Shown here: positions 25,725 to 39,818 of the stretch, in pieces
Layout of the letters: every line of letters starts with the position of its first letter
Numbering within the stretch: the stretch's first letter is position 1
DNA from: Octopus vulgaris
Taxonomy: Eukaryota
Length of the DNA: 64,000 nucleotides
NCBI GenBank assembly: GCA_951406725.2
Contig: OX597832.1
Coordinates: forward strand, 24,490,001-24,554,000
Reading direction: 5' to 3'
Made by a program: the position numbers and the translations under genes
The notes under the pieces: model-generated
The model's database searches: none
What the model was told of the DNA's origin: nothing
The model's input: only the letters and a program-made list of their open reading frames with translations

Positions 25725-25855
25725 GTGTATATATATATATACTTATATATATATATATACACATATATACATATATATATATATACATATATACACATAT
25801 ATATATATACACACACACACACATATATATATATATACACTTATAAATACACACT

Positions 25856-25887
<32 letters not shown>

Positions 25888-25928
25888 CAAAAATAAATAT
25901 ATGTATGTATATAAATAAATAAATATCC

Positions 25929-25984
<56 letters not shown>

Positions 25985-26126
25985 CTATATATATGTATAT
26001 ACTGACAAACACTCGCACATATTTGCATAATTCTTTAATTTTCCGTTTAACACCAACTTTCCAAGTCGCTTCTCTTTTTCTTGTTTTTACTTATTCTTGT
26101 GAAATTTCCTTAAGTGAACAAAAGTT

Positions 26127-26157
<31 letters not shown>

Positions 26158-26404
26158 ATATGTGTGCGTGTGTGTGTGTGTGTGTATGCATATATGTATA
26201 TATATATATACATATATATGTACATGTATACATATATATATATATGGATACGTATATACAGATATACACATATATATATATGCGTGTTTGTATATGTATA
26301 CATATATATATGTAGACATATATAAACGTGCGTGCAATTATTATACTATACATGTATATATACATATGTATACCTATGTATATATATTTACATATATATA
26401 CATG

Positions 26405-26447
<43 letters not shown>

Positions 26448-26563
26448 GTATGTATATATATGTATATATGTATATATATGACACATATGTACCTATGTAA
26501 AGCAAAATATACGTATATGCATATGTATGTATGTATGTATGTATGTATCTATCTATCTATATA

Positions 26564-26610
<47 letters not shown>

Positions 26611-26661
26611 ATATATGTATACACACGCGCACACACAGACACACACACAGACACACACACA

Positions 26662-26712
<51 letters not shown>
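25615..26712. repeat. Extended compound (TA)/(CA)/(TG)/(CT) microsatellite region
   Basis: Direct reading. Confidence 0.9.
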
Positions 26713-26713
<1 letters not shown>

Positions 26714-27189
26714 AGCCTAAAATAAATGTAAGTATTTAACTTGAAGTGTTAACATTTCAATTGCCATTTTCGTTTTTTTTTCAGATCATTTTTTTTCTAG
26801 ATTCTCTTTCGAATTCATTCACAAAACTTTTTGAATTCATTTTTCTTTTCTATTCTATTGGTCATTATTTGCAAGTCTAGTTAAATTCCTCTTTGAAGTC
26901 TTTTAATTTGACCTATTCTATAGAATGGGTTTTCAAGTCGAATTCTTCATCAATTGGAATTGAAATTGTTTAAGAAGTGGAATTGTAGATGAAACGGTGA
27001 ATTGAATTTCCTGCGATTTTTACTTATGATCAGCTTGTCGGCTTCCTTTCTGATTTTTTTTCCGTCCGTTTGTCTTTTATATTTTTTTATCTGGCTTCGT
27101 TAAACAATACACGGTGTGGTCGTAGAATATCTAGAAAGAGGGAGCGAGAGAGAAAAAGCAACAGAGAGCAAGAGACAAAGAGAGGGAGC

Positions 27190-27223
<34 letters not shown>

Positions 27224-27563
27224 GGGAGAGAGTAAATTTTAAATTTTTGTAGTCGATATAATGTCTTACTCACTTCCATCTACATCAGTATATCTCCTCT
27301 TTCTTCTTCCACCTAGAAGGATATATACGTATGCACATATGCATATATTCCTACACATACAACACACAGACACACACATACAGACATACATATGCAGTCA
27401 CACCCACACACATATAAGAGAGCGTATTAGGGTATAATTATATAGATTTGTTAAAGCAAAATTTTAAGAATCTTTATAGAAACTTGGGTTTAATCAATAC
27501 CTTGTTGCTGCAATGTATAGAATCTGACAATACACACAGACATACATAGACATATATATAGTA

Positions 27564-27606
<43 letters not shown>

Positions 27607-27609
27607 ACG

Positions 27610-28004
27610 CGCAGGAGTGGCTGTGTGGTAAGTAGCTTGCTAACAAACCACATGGTTCCGGGTTCAGTCCCACTGCGTGGCATCTTGGGCAAGTGTCTTC
27701 TGCTATAGCCCCGGGCCGACCGATGCCTTGTGAGTGGATTTGGTAGACGGAAACTGAAAGAAGCCTGTCGTATATATGTATATATATATATGTATGTGTT
27801 TGTGCGTCTGTGTTTGTCCCCCTAGCATTGCTTGACAACCGATGCTGGTGTGTTTACGTCCCCGGTTCAGCAAAAGAAACCGATAGAATAAGTACTGGGC
27901 TTACAAAGAATAAGTCCCCGGATCGATTTGCTAGACTAAAGGCGGTGCTTCAGCATGGCCGCAATCAAATGACTGGAACAAGTAAAAGAGTAAAAGAGTA
28001 AAAG
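27610..28004 (+). mobile_element. SINE family A
   Basis: Head gcaggagtggctgtgtggtaagtagc, tail gtaaaagagtaaaagag. Confidence 0.88.
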
Positions 28005-28014
28005 TGTATATATA

Positions 28015-28326
28015 TCACCGTGATCACAGTGACCAGCCAGGCTATTAGATGCTGCGACACATCGCTGGTCACAATGCGCCTCGCATTGTTTTAGCCTTCA
28101 AATGACACCACCCCTCTGGATAAGCGAGCAGGCCAAGAGAAGAAAGAGTGAGAGAAATGTTGTGGTGAAAGAGTACAGCAGGGCTCACCACCACCTCCTG
28201 CCGGAGCCTCGTGGAGCTTTAGGTGTTTTTGCTCAATAAACACTCACAACGCCCGGTCTGGGAATCGAAACCGCGATCCTACGACCGTGAGTCTGCTGCA
28301 CTAAACACTGGGCCATTGCGCCTCCA
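28015..28326 (-). mobile_element. SINE family B head with tail type 2
   Basis: Head matches 24521-24903; tail matches 29188-29310 instead. Confidence 0.82.
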
Positions 28327-28379
<53 letters not shown>

Positions 28380-28381
<2 letters not shown>

Positions 28382-28780
28382 TTTTACTCTTTTACTTGTT
28401 TCAGTCATTTGACTGCGGCCATGCTGGAGCACCGCATTTAGTCGAGCAAATCGACCCCGGGACTTATTTTTTGTGAGCCTAGTACTGATTCTGTCGGTCG
28501 CTTTTGCCGAACCGCAAAGTGACGGGGACGTAAACGCACCAGCATCGATTGTCAAGCAATGCTAAGGGGACAAACACAGACGCACAAACATACACACACA
28601 CATACATATATATATATATACACGATGGGCTTCTATCAGTTTCCGTCTACCAAATCCACTCACAAGGCTTTGGTCGGCCCGAGGCTATAGTAGAAGACAC
28701 TTGCCCAAGATGCCACGCAGTGGGATTGAAGCTGGAAAAATGTGGCTGGTAAGCAATCTACTTACCACACAGCCACTCCT
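28380..28780 (-). mobile_element. SINE family A
   Basis: Colinear with the other copies. Confidence 0.88.
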
Positions 28781-28884
28781 TATATATGAAATATTATATT
28801 GTAATAGAGGTAAACTCCAAACCAAGACAGAACAAGTAGCCGAAGTCATTTAGTATAATTTAATTAGAGTATGATGAACTTGAA

Positions 28885-28960
28885 GCCTTACAGCTGTTTC
28901 TGAGATGACCCAAGTGGTTGGTTAGCACGTCTGTGCACTTGGTATTCCGTCATCAGAGAC
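28885..28960 (-). ncRNA. Type I hammerhead ribozyme motif (Penelope pLTR-type), base of stem II imperfect
   Basis: Minus strand: gtct-CTGATGA-cggaataccaagtg..cacttgggtcatctca-GAAA-CAGCTG-TA-aggc. Palindromic stem III, GUA triplet. Confidence 0.65.
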
Positions 28961-29152
28961 AAGGTATGAATATTTTAGACGGGGAAAATATATATATAAG
29001 GAAGGAAGGTAGTTATAAAATCTGTGTAAGAGATGAACGCAGTAACTATACTAGCGAGTAATGTCTGTCGCCATTTTAACATGGCTGATCCGTTCAAACG
29101 TATATTACTGCAATTTTTTAACCCCAAGAGGGAGTAACAGACCAGCCTGGTT

Positions 29153-29187
<35 letters not shown>

Positions 29188-29192
<5 letters not shown>

Positions 29193-29450
29193 ATGATCAC
29201 ATGACCGACCAGACCATCAGATGTTGCTACACATCGCTGGTCACAATGCGTTCGCATTGTTTTAGCCCTCGAATGACGCCACCCCGCTGGCTAAGCGAGC
29301 AGGCCAACAGAAGAAAGAGTGGGAGAAAGAATGGTGAAAGAGTTCAGCAGGGATCACCACCCCCTGCCGGAGCCTCGTAGAGCTTTTATGTGTTTTCGTA
29401 GGATCGCGGTTTCGATTCCCAGACCGCGAGTCCGCTGTCCTAACCACTGG

Positions 29451-29455
<5 letters not shown>
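29188..29455 (-). mobile_element. SINE family B derivative with tail type 2 and rearranged head
   Basis: Tail matches 28015-28140. A head segment 'gtaggatcgcggtttcgattcccagacc' is in the opposite orientation. Confidence 0.75.
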
Positions 29456-29504
<49 letters not shown>

Positions 29505-29508
<4 letters not shown>

Positions 29509-30208
29509 AAAGACGATTCTTTTGAAATTTAATCGTTTTTATCGACATTTTCTTGTATATGCGTATCGGATTATTATAGTTCGTTGAAACAGTTATATTG
29601 CTAAATTCATTTTATCGTCGTTTTAAAAATATCCCCATCTTCAGGATGTGAAGAAGAGATTTTAGCGTCTGTACTCCTTATTTTATATTAGACCGTTTGT
29701 ATTTCTACATTCTTACTTCCCGACCAGAATTTGACTAGTGGAGTATCAGAAACGTATGTGAAATGGAGAGGAGGTAATGTTAACCATTTAGACAAATTAT
29801 GGAAGACAACTGTAGGCATATTTCAGTGTCATTCGACGTCTTTAGCAAAGCGCAGACACAGTTAACAAAGGAGAAATGACTATAAGAACCAGAAACCCAA
29901 CTGTGCACTGCTCTTTGAACAAGTTAATCTGTAACGAAGGCGTCTTACAGGTGTGCTTATTAAGCAATGACTTTTAACAAAATCATATTAAAGTTCAAAT
30001 GACTGAAAAAACAGTCAGATAAGAAAATCAAAATAATTAAATATCTGTATACTATTCTGTTATCGATTTTATACCAGGCGCTACCTTTGAAACATTGTCT
30101 TATACCTGGTAAAAGAAAAGAACAGACAAGTGCGTTGAGTGTTTGATTAAAATTCTCCATTGTGAAACACAATTTTCGTTTTTGCATGATATGAACACAA
30201 AACAGACA

Positions 30209-30267
<59 letters not shown>

Positions 30268-30594
30268 CGACACACTCAATCACTCGCCTGTCAACCAGAG
30301 ACGAAAGGTTGTGGATTTTTTTGTATCGAAATACGATAAATTGAAACAAGTTTTTTTTTTATATTTCACAGTAGGCGACCAAAGTTGCCGGGTATACGAG
30401 CAAGAAGACAAGAGTTAAGGAATGGAATAGATCTACTTCATTTCTTAACTCTCTCTCTCTCACACACACACACACACATGTATATATTTATATCTATATA
30501 TACATATAAATGTTTGTGTGTGTTTGTATGTATATATAGTTATATATGTATATGTATTGATAATTATATAATTAAAAAAAAAAAATTAAAATAA

Positions 30595-30649
<55 letters not shown>

Positions 30650-30830
30650 AAATTTATAAGTTTAAGTTATTTAAATAATTTTTTAAATTTTAACCTTAAT
30701 TCAAATATTTCAATTTGGAATTTTATATTTTTTATATTTTATATTTTTTAATTAATTTTATTTCTATGTATTGGCTTATGATTTCATTGTTTGATTTGCC
30801 TAATAGTGGTTTTATCTCTAATTTAATATA

Positions 30831-30904
<74 letters not shown>

Positions 30905-31102
30905 TATATATCGGAAGAGTTTACGAAAAAAAAAACACGAAGACAGGTGGTGTACAAAACAGACAGATATATTAGTATAACGCTCAGGAATAGAAAAAGT
31001 CTTTTACGTTTCGAGCCTACGCTCTTCTCCAGAAAGGGACACAATAAAAACAAGGAGAGAAACAAGATGAGAAAAAACACACACATACACTTACACACAC
31101 AC

Positions 31103-31197
<95 letters not shown>

Positions 31198-31337
31198 AAC
31201 ATATACATATACAGTTCTTTGATCCTAATCTTTCATTAGTATCGTATTCTTGGGTATATCCATGCTCCCACATTGGTTTCTATACCGGTCTGAGACAAGA
31301 GGATGTTTTGTAACGAAAAGAAACACGAAGTCTACAT
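29505..31337 (+). repeat. Left arm of large inverted duplication
   Basis: Reverse complement of 33985-35477. ORFs 29960-30349(-) and 34598-35024(+) translate near-identically. Carries an extra AT-rich insertion at ~30555-30840. Confidence 0.92.
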
Positions 31338-32231
31338 ATTTAGTAGCTCGGCCTACCTGATGATGGGCCATGTCTCATGCGACCCGATTCTCGGATAGTT
31401 TGCCTATGCCTGCTCTAGAAGATCAAATGATCTGCTAGACATACCAGCCAAATATCCTGAAACTTAAGTTTAAAATCACATCATAGTAAAAAGAAGGGAC
31501 ACGTTGAATAATGTAGTTTTAAATATAAGAATAGGCAGGATGGTCTCAACTGGAACGCCTCTGGCTGCAGATATTCTCCATCAAAGATTTTTGGCGAATA
31601 GATACAATCTAAAGCAACAATCTCTCTCTCTCTCTCCCTCTCTCTCTCCTTCTCTCTTTCTCCCTCTCTCTCTCTCTCACACACATGCACAAAAACATAA
31701 ACACAAGGCAACGAGAGAGCCTATATGTGCTCGATTACCTTGCTAGAAATACTAAGTAAATCAGCCTCACTCCTCAACAAACTGGCCTATAGAAAGAGAC
31801 TTATTGCTGCGGGATTAAATAGACTACCTTGCATCTCCTTAATCAATTATTTCTAGTACAGCACCTTGGATTTAGTAGATGGAAACTGTGTGGAATCCCT
31901 TCGTGTTTATGAGTCTTTCTCTGTCTATGTATCTATCTTTCTGTCTTACTACTTATTTGTGTGTGTGCGCACATATGTATATATGGGAGTATGTGGGCAT
32001 GTGTGCGTAGTGGGGCGAAGGAAACAGGTGAAGGGGGTGTCCTACCGGATTAATTAGTCCTACATACACATAGTTTGATGGGGGGTGGGGAAATGGCCAC
32101 AGCTGGTTTCTTTTTCATCAGACGCCTGCTGGTCTGATGTAAATCTGCGCTAGGATTAAAATAACAACGACAAAAACAACAACAGCAACAATAACAACAC
32201 AAACACCACCTTCAACAACAACACCAACAAC

Positions 32232-32630
32232 AGTGGGGCGCAATGGCCCAATGGTTAGGGCAATGGACTCCCGGTCGGAGGATTGCGGTTTCGATTCCCA
32301 GACTGGGCGTTGTGTGTGTTTATTGAGCGAAAACACCTAAAGCTCCACGAGGCTCCGGCAGAGGATGGTGGCGACTCCTGTTGTACTATTTCGCCCCAAC
32401 TTTCTCTCATCCTTTCTTCTTGTTTCTTGTCCCCGACTTCCTACGCAACCACTGACCCTGGACGCACATTCATCCATCCGTCGATGCTCTCGGTGTCGGC
32501 GGGTTGACCTGCTTTCTCTTCTGCGGGTCTTACGAATAGCAAAGGACCTCGTTTCGGACTTCTCCCACTACAGAGGCGCGATCTTGCGAGCTCTGGAACG
32601 AAGACCGCTTCGCTCAACAAACAAACAGAA
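32232..32630 (+). mobile_element. SINE family B head with tail type 3
   Basis: Head gtggggcgcaatggcccaatggttagggc; the 3' part is unrelated to tails 1 and 2. Confidence 0.78.
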
Positions 32631-32783
32631 ACTACAACCGTAACAGCAATAACAACTGTTACAAATGCAGCCTCAGTCACGGAAATAGATTTTGCACACA
32701 ACTAAATAATCACACACACATTAACACACACAGAATCTTTATTTCTTTCATTTCGTTATTCCTGTCTTGCTTCTATATCGTAG

Positions 32784-32952
32784 AGATGCTTAAACCAATT
32801 TGGAATGTGATGAACCGGTGCCAATCGACCCCAATGCTGCCTTCCCACATTGTTGTAGGAGAACGTGTAAAAACAAGGAAACACAAAACGGAATTCTTCA
32901 TGATGTCATTGAGAAGATTCTAAAGTCACACTTTAGCTTCGTACAACTCTGA
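32784..32952 (+). pseudogene. Orphan, disrupted exon 3 of a diverged SVWC-like paralog
   Basis: After a pyrimidine tract and AG it reads ..LECDEPVPIDPNAAFPHCCRRTCK.., homologous to NCSELVPVNPTANYPACCEKMCK. Either candidate acceptor meets an early stop. Flanks (31330-31840, 33860-34080) are homologous to intron 2 and the 3' flank of the intact genes. Confidence 0.75.
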
Positions 32953-32968
32953 TCGCGAATAAATCGTG

Positions 32969-33231
<263 letters not shown>

Positions 33232-33277
33232 AGAGAGAGAGAAATAGATAGATAGATAGATAGATAGACATATATGT

Positions 33278-33514
33278 GTTTTTATTACACACAAGGGGCT
33301 AAACATAGAGGGGGCAAACAAGGACAGACAAAACAATTAAGTCGATTACATCGACCCCACTGCGTAACTCCTACTTAATTTATCGACCCTGAAAGGATGA
33401 AAGGCCGAAAAATTAAGTACCAGTTAACGCACTGAGGTCGATGTAATCGACTTAATTCGTTTGTCTGTCCTTGTGTGTCCCCTCTATGTTTAGCCCCTTA
33501 TGGGCAATAAAAAA
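33278..33514. mobile_element. Two SINE family C 3' halves fused in inverted orientation
   Basis: 33278-33405 (-) and 33406-33514 (+) are mutually reverse-complementary SINE C tails. Confidence 0.75.
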
Positions 33515-33531
33515 ACATATATGTCTGTCTG

Positions 33532-33637
<106 letters not shown>

Positions 33638-33695
33638 CAACTATTTCTCTGTCTGTCTGTCTGTCTGTCTGTCTCTGTCTCTGTCTGTCTGTCTG

Positions 33696-33800
<105 letters not shown>

Positions 33801-33984
33801 CACGATTTATTCGTGACCAGAGTTGTTCGAAAACCGAGGTTCTATTGTAATAATGAAGTCTCTCAATGAATAAATTGGATTAATTACGATAATGACTTTC
33901 AAATGTTGTTGTTGTTATTAGGATTACAATTTTGTGAGGTGTTCATTTCATCATAAGTTTGTGTCCCATCTTTATCGTGTTTCT

Positions 33985-34118
33985 ATGTAGACTTCGTGTT
34001 TCTTTTCGTTCCAAAACATCCTCTTGTCTCAGACCGTTATAGAAACCAATGTGGGAGCATGGAGATATCCAAGAATACGATACTAATGAAAGATTAGGAT
34101 CAAAGAACTGTATATGTA

Positions 34119-34171
<53 letters not shown>

Positions 34172-34355
34172 GCCACTACACACACATTTTTTTCTCACCT
34201 TGTTTCTCTCCTTGTTTTTATTGTGTCCCTTTCTGTAGAAGAGCGTAGGCTCGAAACGTAAAAGACTTTTTCTATTCCTGAGCGTTATACTAATACATCT
34301 GTCTGTTTTGTACACCACCTGTCTTCGTCTTTTGTTTTTTTCGTAAACTCTCCCG

Positions 34356-34404
<49 letters not shown>

Positions 34405-34452
34405 CAAACACACACAAACATTTATATGTATATGTAGATATAAATATATACA

Positions 34453-34486
<34 letters not shown>

Positions 34487-34678
34487 TGTGAGAGAGAGTT
34501 AAGAAATGAAGTAGATCTATTCCATTCCTTAACTCTTGTCTTCTTGCTCGTATACCCGGCAACCCTGGTCGCCTACTGTGAAATATAAAAACAAAACTTG
34601 TTTCAATTTATCGTATTTCGATACAAAAAAATCCACAACCTTTCGTCTCTGGTTGACAGGCGAGTGATTGAGTGTGTC

Positions 34679-34775
<97 letters not shown>

Positions 34776-35477
34776 TGTCTGTTTTGTGTTCATATCATGC
34801 AAAAACGAAAATTGTGTTTCACAATGGAGAATTTTAATCAAACACTCAACGCACTTGTCTGTTCTTTTCTTTTACCAGGTATAAGACAATGTTTCAAAGG
34901 TAGCGCCTGGTATAAGATCGATAACAGAATAGTATACAGATATTTAATTATTTTGATTTTCTTATCTGACTGTTTTTTCAGTCATTTGAACTTTAATATG
35001 ATTTTGTTAAAAGTCATTGCTTAATAAGCACACCTGTAAGACGCCTTCGTTACAGATTAACTTGTTCAAAGAGCAGTACACAGTTGGGTTTCTGGTTCAT
35101 ATAGTCATTTCTCCTTTGTTAACTGTGTCTGCGCTTTGCTAAAGACGTCGAATGACACTGAAATATGCCTACAGTTGTCTTCCATAATTTGTCTAAATGG
35201 TTAACATTACCTCCTCTCCATTTCACATACATTTCTAATACTCCACTAGCCAAATTCTGGTCGGGAAGTAAGAATGTAGAAATACAAACGGTCTAATATA
35301 AAATAAGGAGTACAGACGCTAAAATCTCTTCTTCACATCCTGAAGATGGGGATATTTTTAAAACGACGATAATGAATTTAGCAATATAACTATTTCAACC
35401 AACTATAAGAATCCGATACGCATATACAAGAAAATGTCGATAAAAACGATTAAATTTCAAAAGAATCGTCTTTTCAT
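33985..35477 (-). repeat. Right arm of large inverted duplication
   Basis: Reverse complement of 29505-31337. Confidence 0.92.
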
Positions 35478-35528
<51 letters not shown>

Positions 35529-35531
<3 letters not shown>

Positions 35532-35765
35532 GCAAAAGAAATAGACAAAGCAAAATCCCAACAATAGCTGAGAAGCTCAGGACTCAAAGCAGAGACTGAA
35601 GGATTTTTAATTGCAGCACAAGACCAAAGTCTCCCCACCAGAAATTACCAAAAACATATAACGAAAAGAAACATAATAAATAACTGCAGAATATGTGGTG
35701 ATGGACAAGAAACGATAAATCATATCGTCTCTGGCTGCTCAGTCCTGGCTAAAGAAGAAATATAT

Positions 35766-35767
<2 letters not shown>
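35529..35767 (+). mobile_element. Internal R4/Dong fragment between two (AAT)n tracts
   Basis: LRSSGLKAETEGFLIAAQDQSLPTRNYQKH..NCRICGDGQETINHIVSGC, homologous to 53403-53637. Confidence 0.85.
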
Positions 35768-35836
<69 letters not shown>

Positions 35837-35850
35837 TTACCATCCCTTAC

Positions 35851-35915
35851 CTCCGCCTAAAAATGCTGCACCGAATGCTAGTTGCACCAGAAATCTTGGG
35901 AAGGAAAGAAGTCAT
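35851..35915 (-). pseudogene. Exon 1 of a divergently oriented SVWC-like paralog with 14-nt frameshifting deletion
   Basis: ATG at 35915-35913, donor GTAAG at 35850. 65 nt versus 79 nt in the intact genes. Upstream ~250 bp is homologous to 39585-39818. Confidence 0.8.
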
Positions 35916-36336
35916 TCTCGTTCAGAAATATAGTCTCGTTGACAACGTGAGGTTATGATATGCTTTCAAAGATTTTATGAACAACATTGGCCGAGACCTC
36001 ATATATATATATGATTGCAAGTAACTTAGTGGTTATATATACTTATTGTTATGAAAATATATTTGTGCTTGTGTGTCAGCGTTTATTTCTGAGTATCGTA
36101 TATTAAAATAAATAGTTATTAGATATTATTATATATTGACTTATAGAATAGGATATTTTTTCAATTACCAGTTTTTCTGACCATGTGACTGCAACACCTG
36201 TTTCAATGGAAAGTAATACATCCAACATGGAGAAGAATGCAATTTCTCCGTGTGATCGATTTGAAAGATATTTTTCGTAACGTGAAACCAATACACAATA
36301 CGGTGTTGAGCTCTCATTCTCGTCGTTTACACACAC

Positions 36337-36410
<74 letters not shown>

Positions 36411-36511
36411 ACACACAAACACATATATAGATTCAGGTGAATATGGTACATAAGTTAAAGGCACCAGAATTTAGTATGGTATTATCCATATAATTCAAAA
36501 TGGGGGTGATT

Positions 36512-36678
36512 ATGATCAAAATAAACAACAAGGATATCCAGAGGTAATGCAGTGCGATCGTTTCATGCGACTCCATTTAATTGAACTATGCAAATATTAC
36601 ATTGCATTGTTCAATTAAATGGAGTCGCATGAAACGAACGCACTGCATTACCTCTGGATATCCTTGTTCCTTATTTTG

Positions 36679-36683
<5 letters not shown>
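36512..36683. repeat. Foldback palindrome (~75-bp arms, 22-nt centre)
   Basis: Arms are reverse-complementary. Duplicate at 54607-54778. Confidence 0.9.
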
Positions 36684-36742
<59 letters not shown>

Positions 36743-37337
36743 CATATATATATATATTTATATATATACATATATAATTATACATATGCACATACATATA
36801 TATACATACAGAGAGAGGGAGAGGGATACATAAAGGAGTACAGAAATATATAGTTATATATATGCATATACCTATAATTCAAGTGGTTATAACCGTTATT
36901 ATTATTATGATTATTATTATTGTCTTTGTTTATGGCCGGGACTAGACGTGTCGCGTGTTCTCTGAGTTATTGAATTGTTTTCATTGTTATCACACCATTT
37001 GTATTTCCTCTGTTTTTGTACACTGTGTTGTATCTTGAGCTTGACAATAAAGGTCTGGGCAAAGGTTATTGTTATCGGCCCTAAGGGATAAAATTTCGCG
37101 GAGAAAGATTTCTTTCCGAAATACTGTTTACAAAATTCGTTATAGCGGAGAGTGGATGGTGGGCGGTAGTTTTGAAGGTAAAATAGTCTTTCGCTGTCAA
37201 TCTCTTCCGGTTGACCTAACAAACATGGATAGAGGTAGTAGCAGTAGAATCGACAGCAGCGGCAGTTGCAGCAGCAGTATCAATAACAACTTCTCCAACA
37301 CCAACAAAAACAAAAGGTAGTCATGTGAAAACATTTC

Positions 37338-37737
37338 GGATCTTTTCGGTTTGAACGGCAGTTTTTTTCTAGCGGTGTCATATGAAATTGTCACCCATAA
37401 TTATGACCCTAGTATCGATCTATTGCATTTCAATCTGTTTTAGGATTAGGGTTAGAGTTAGGGGTGGGGGTAAGAGTATCTTTTTTCATCAGAAATGTAA
37501 ATAAACCCAATCTGTTTCTTAAACGAGGGACATATTCATACTGCACAGAATGTTTTCACCTCAATAGACGTCATTGATTGGTTGAATTTGAAGAAATTGA
37601 AGGGGAAAAAACCAACAAATATGTTACAAACTATAGAATTTTCTCAATAAAGCCAAGAAAAAAAGATGTTTTATAAACACATTCTACCAGTATACGAAGT
37701 TTAAAATTTTTTAGTTACGTGGAAATTATTTAAAAAA
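37338..37737. mobile_element. Merlin-like MITE copy in opposite orientation, one TIR truncated
   Basis: Reverse complement of 17590-18015, including TTAGGG-like units. Confidence 0.8.
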
Positions 37738-38049
37738 CCCCACTGGGCCATTGAGTCTCTACTGTTGCTACTACTGTAAGAGCAGCTATAATTACCGTTG
37801 CTGCTTCTATTATTGCTGTTGTAAGTGTAGGGGTCATCTTCCCCCGCTGTTGCTGTATCGAGCAAAGACTGGGATCTCCCTTCTCTCTCTTGTTGTAGGC
37901 AAAAGGTCTTCAAATGATTTGTGTCTCTACACAGGTGACATTTCAGTTTTCTACACTCAACGACCACTTAGAGGTTGGCGCAATCTGGCAAATATATGAA
38001 ATGCGAAATTACTTCTAGTCTTTTTAGGTCCCTCTGCTCGCACAACTGA

Positions 38050-38505
38050 ATGCCTTTCCCAAACCAGTTTGAAATTAAAGACAATATTTCGGAATTCTAC
38101 AGGAAACTACGTCTCACAGAAGAAGTAACTGAGTACAACAACAGGATGAATCACTGGTTAAAAACGGAAGTAATTATCTTACACCTAAAGGTGACCATAT
38201 CCAAAATTTCCCAAATTCTTTCCATAAGCGAAAAATTAATTAGAACCTCAACAATTTAGAATGGAAGAATCTAATTGATCTACAAAACGACAAAGTACTG
38301 ACAAATAAAGAAGCAAAGAAAGGAAGTGCTGTGGACCTGATGGATACAGAATACTACAAAAACCTAGTTTTATCCATGCCAGAAAACGATACCTTCTACA
38401 AAAAATGTATAAACTATAAACGACATAAAACAATAAAAAATCTTGCATCTCTAATTCTTCTACAAGGAAAAAGCCTGACAGTAAAAGAAATAGATTACTA
38501 TTTAA
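38050..38505 (+). mobile_element. Penelope-like retroelement fragment (region N-terminal to RT)
   Basis: EFYRKLRL..IKEAKKGSAVDLMDTEYY..LTVKEIDY resembles the PLE 'IK.ADKG.AVVIMD..Y' motif; frameshifted. Confidence 0.65.
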
Positions 38506-39511
38506 CAACCGAAATGTTTTGTGTATCAAGAAGTACTGTCTCGAAAGTAATGACAAGTTTTGAGAAAGAGGGAAAAACCTCCTCGTCCAAACAAAAGTCC
38601 CGAAGAAAACCAAAACTTTCAGATAGGAACCATCGGACTCTTACTCGAATTGTTAGGAAGGATCACAAAAGTACAGCTCCAAAAATTACTACAGAGCTTA
38701 ATGACCTCTTCGAGAATCCAGTTTCCAAAGAAACTGTTCGCTGGGAGCTGCACAAAGCCGGATTCCACGGGAGGGCTGCAAACAGAAAACCACTACTTTC
38801 AAAAGCAAACGCTGCAAAGCATTTAGGGTGAAGTAAAAACCAACGGAATTGGTCCCTAGAGCAGTGAGAGAATGTTAGTATCTCGGACGAGTCACTCTTT
38901 ATCATATTTTCAACCACCGGCCGAGTATATGTGTGGAGACAGCCAAAAGAAACATTTAACCCAGACTGCCTTCTCCCAACTGTTAAACATGGAGGAGAAT
39001 CTGTGATGATCTGGGTGCGGTGGTGGGGAGGGGCGCTATATCTTGGAAATCTGTCAACCCAATGCTTTCCCTTCATGGCAGAATTAATAGCCAATATTAT
39101 TTAAGCATTTTATCTGATCAAACTCATCCTAGCGTTGCGGAACTCTTTCCGGAGAGAAACGCAATCCACTCAGTTAAAGTTGTTACTGAATGGCACGAGG
39201 AACATTCTAGTGGAGTTGAACATCTTATCTGACCACCACAGTCCCCAGATCTCAATATTATTAAACATTTATGGTGCATTTAAGAAAAACAATTAAAGAG
39301 TCGATATTCTCTACCATAATCACTACAAGAACAAGAGACTGTTTTATTTGAAGAATGGACAACAATTCCTTTGGAAACAATTCAAACGTTGTACGAGTCC
39401 ATACCTCGCAGAATTCAAGCTGTAATTACTACCAAAGGCGGTCCTATTCCATATTATAATAAATTTGTTTGAAATTTTAAGGTGTTTCCATTATTTTGTC
39501 CAACACCTGTA
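38506..39511 (+). mobile_element. Tc1-family transposase pseudogene with right TIR
   Basis: VSRSTVSKV, RKPLLS, SDES, TVKHGG, PPQSPDLNII, SIPRRIQAVI..KGG motifs. In-frame stops and loss of the second catalytic D. Ends ..ttttgtccaacacctg-TA. Confidence 0.92.
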
Positions 39512-39719
39512 TATATATATAAAACCGTTAAGTACCTGTTAGTTTCCAGTAAAACAGATGTTAGAATTACGTTCAGAAAAACGAGTAATTGGATAGTAGG
39601 CTATTTCATAAGTCAATATATAATCATATCGATTGACTATTTATTTTAATATCCGATATACAGAAATAAACAATGACAAACAAACCCACACAAAAATACT
39701 ATTATATTTTGATAACAAA

Positions 39720-39818
39720 AAATGTATATATATGAGGTCTCTACCTATGTTGTTCATTAACTCTTTGAAAGCACATCATAACCTCTCGCTGTCAACGAGT
39801 CTATATTTCTGAACGAGA
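39720..39818 (+). promoter_or_regulatory. Putative TATA and 5' UTR of SVWC-like gene A
   Basis: TATATATA ~90 bp upstream of the ATG. Region conserved in all four exon-1 copies. Confidence 0.4.

Noticed and set aside
29960-30349. ORF apparently conserved at 34598-35024; likewise 36917-37320 vs 54994-55397 and 41401-41694 vs 59591-59884
   Set aside because: Identity reflects recent DNA duplication, not protein-level constraint, and no domains are recognisable.
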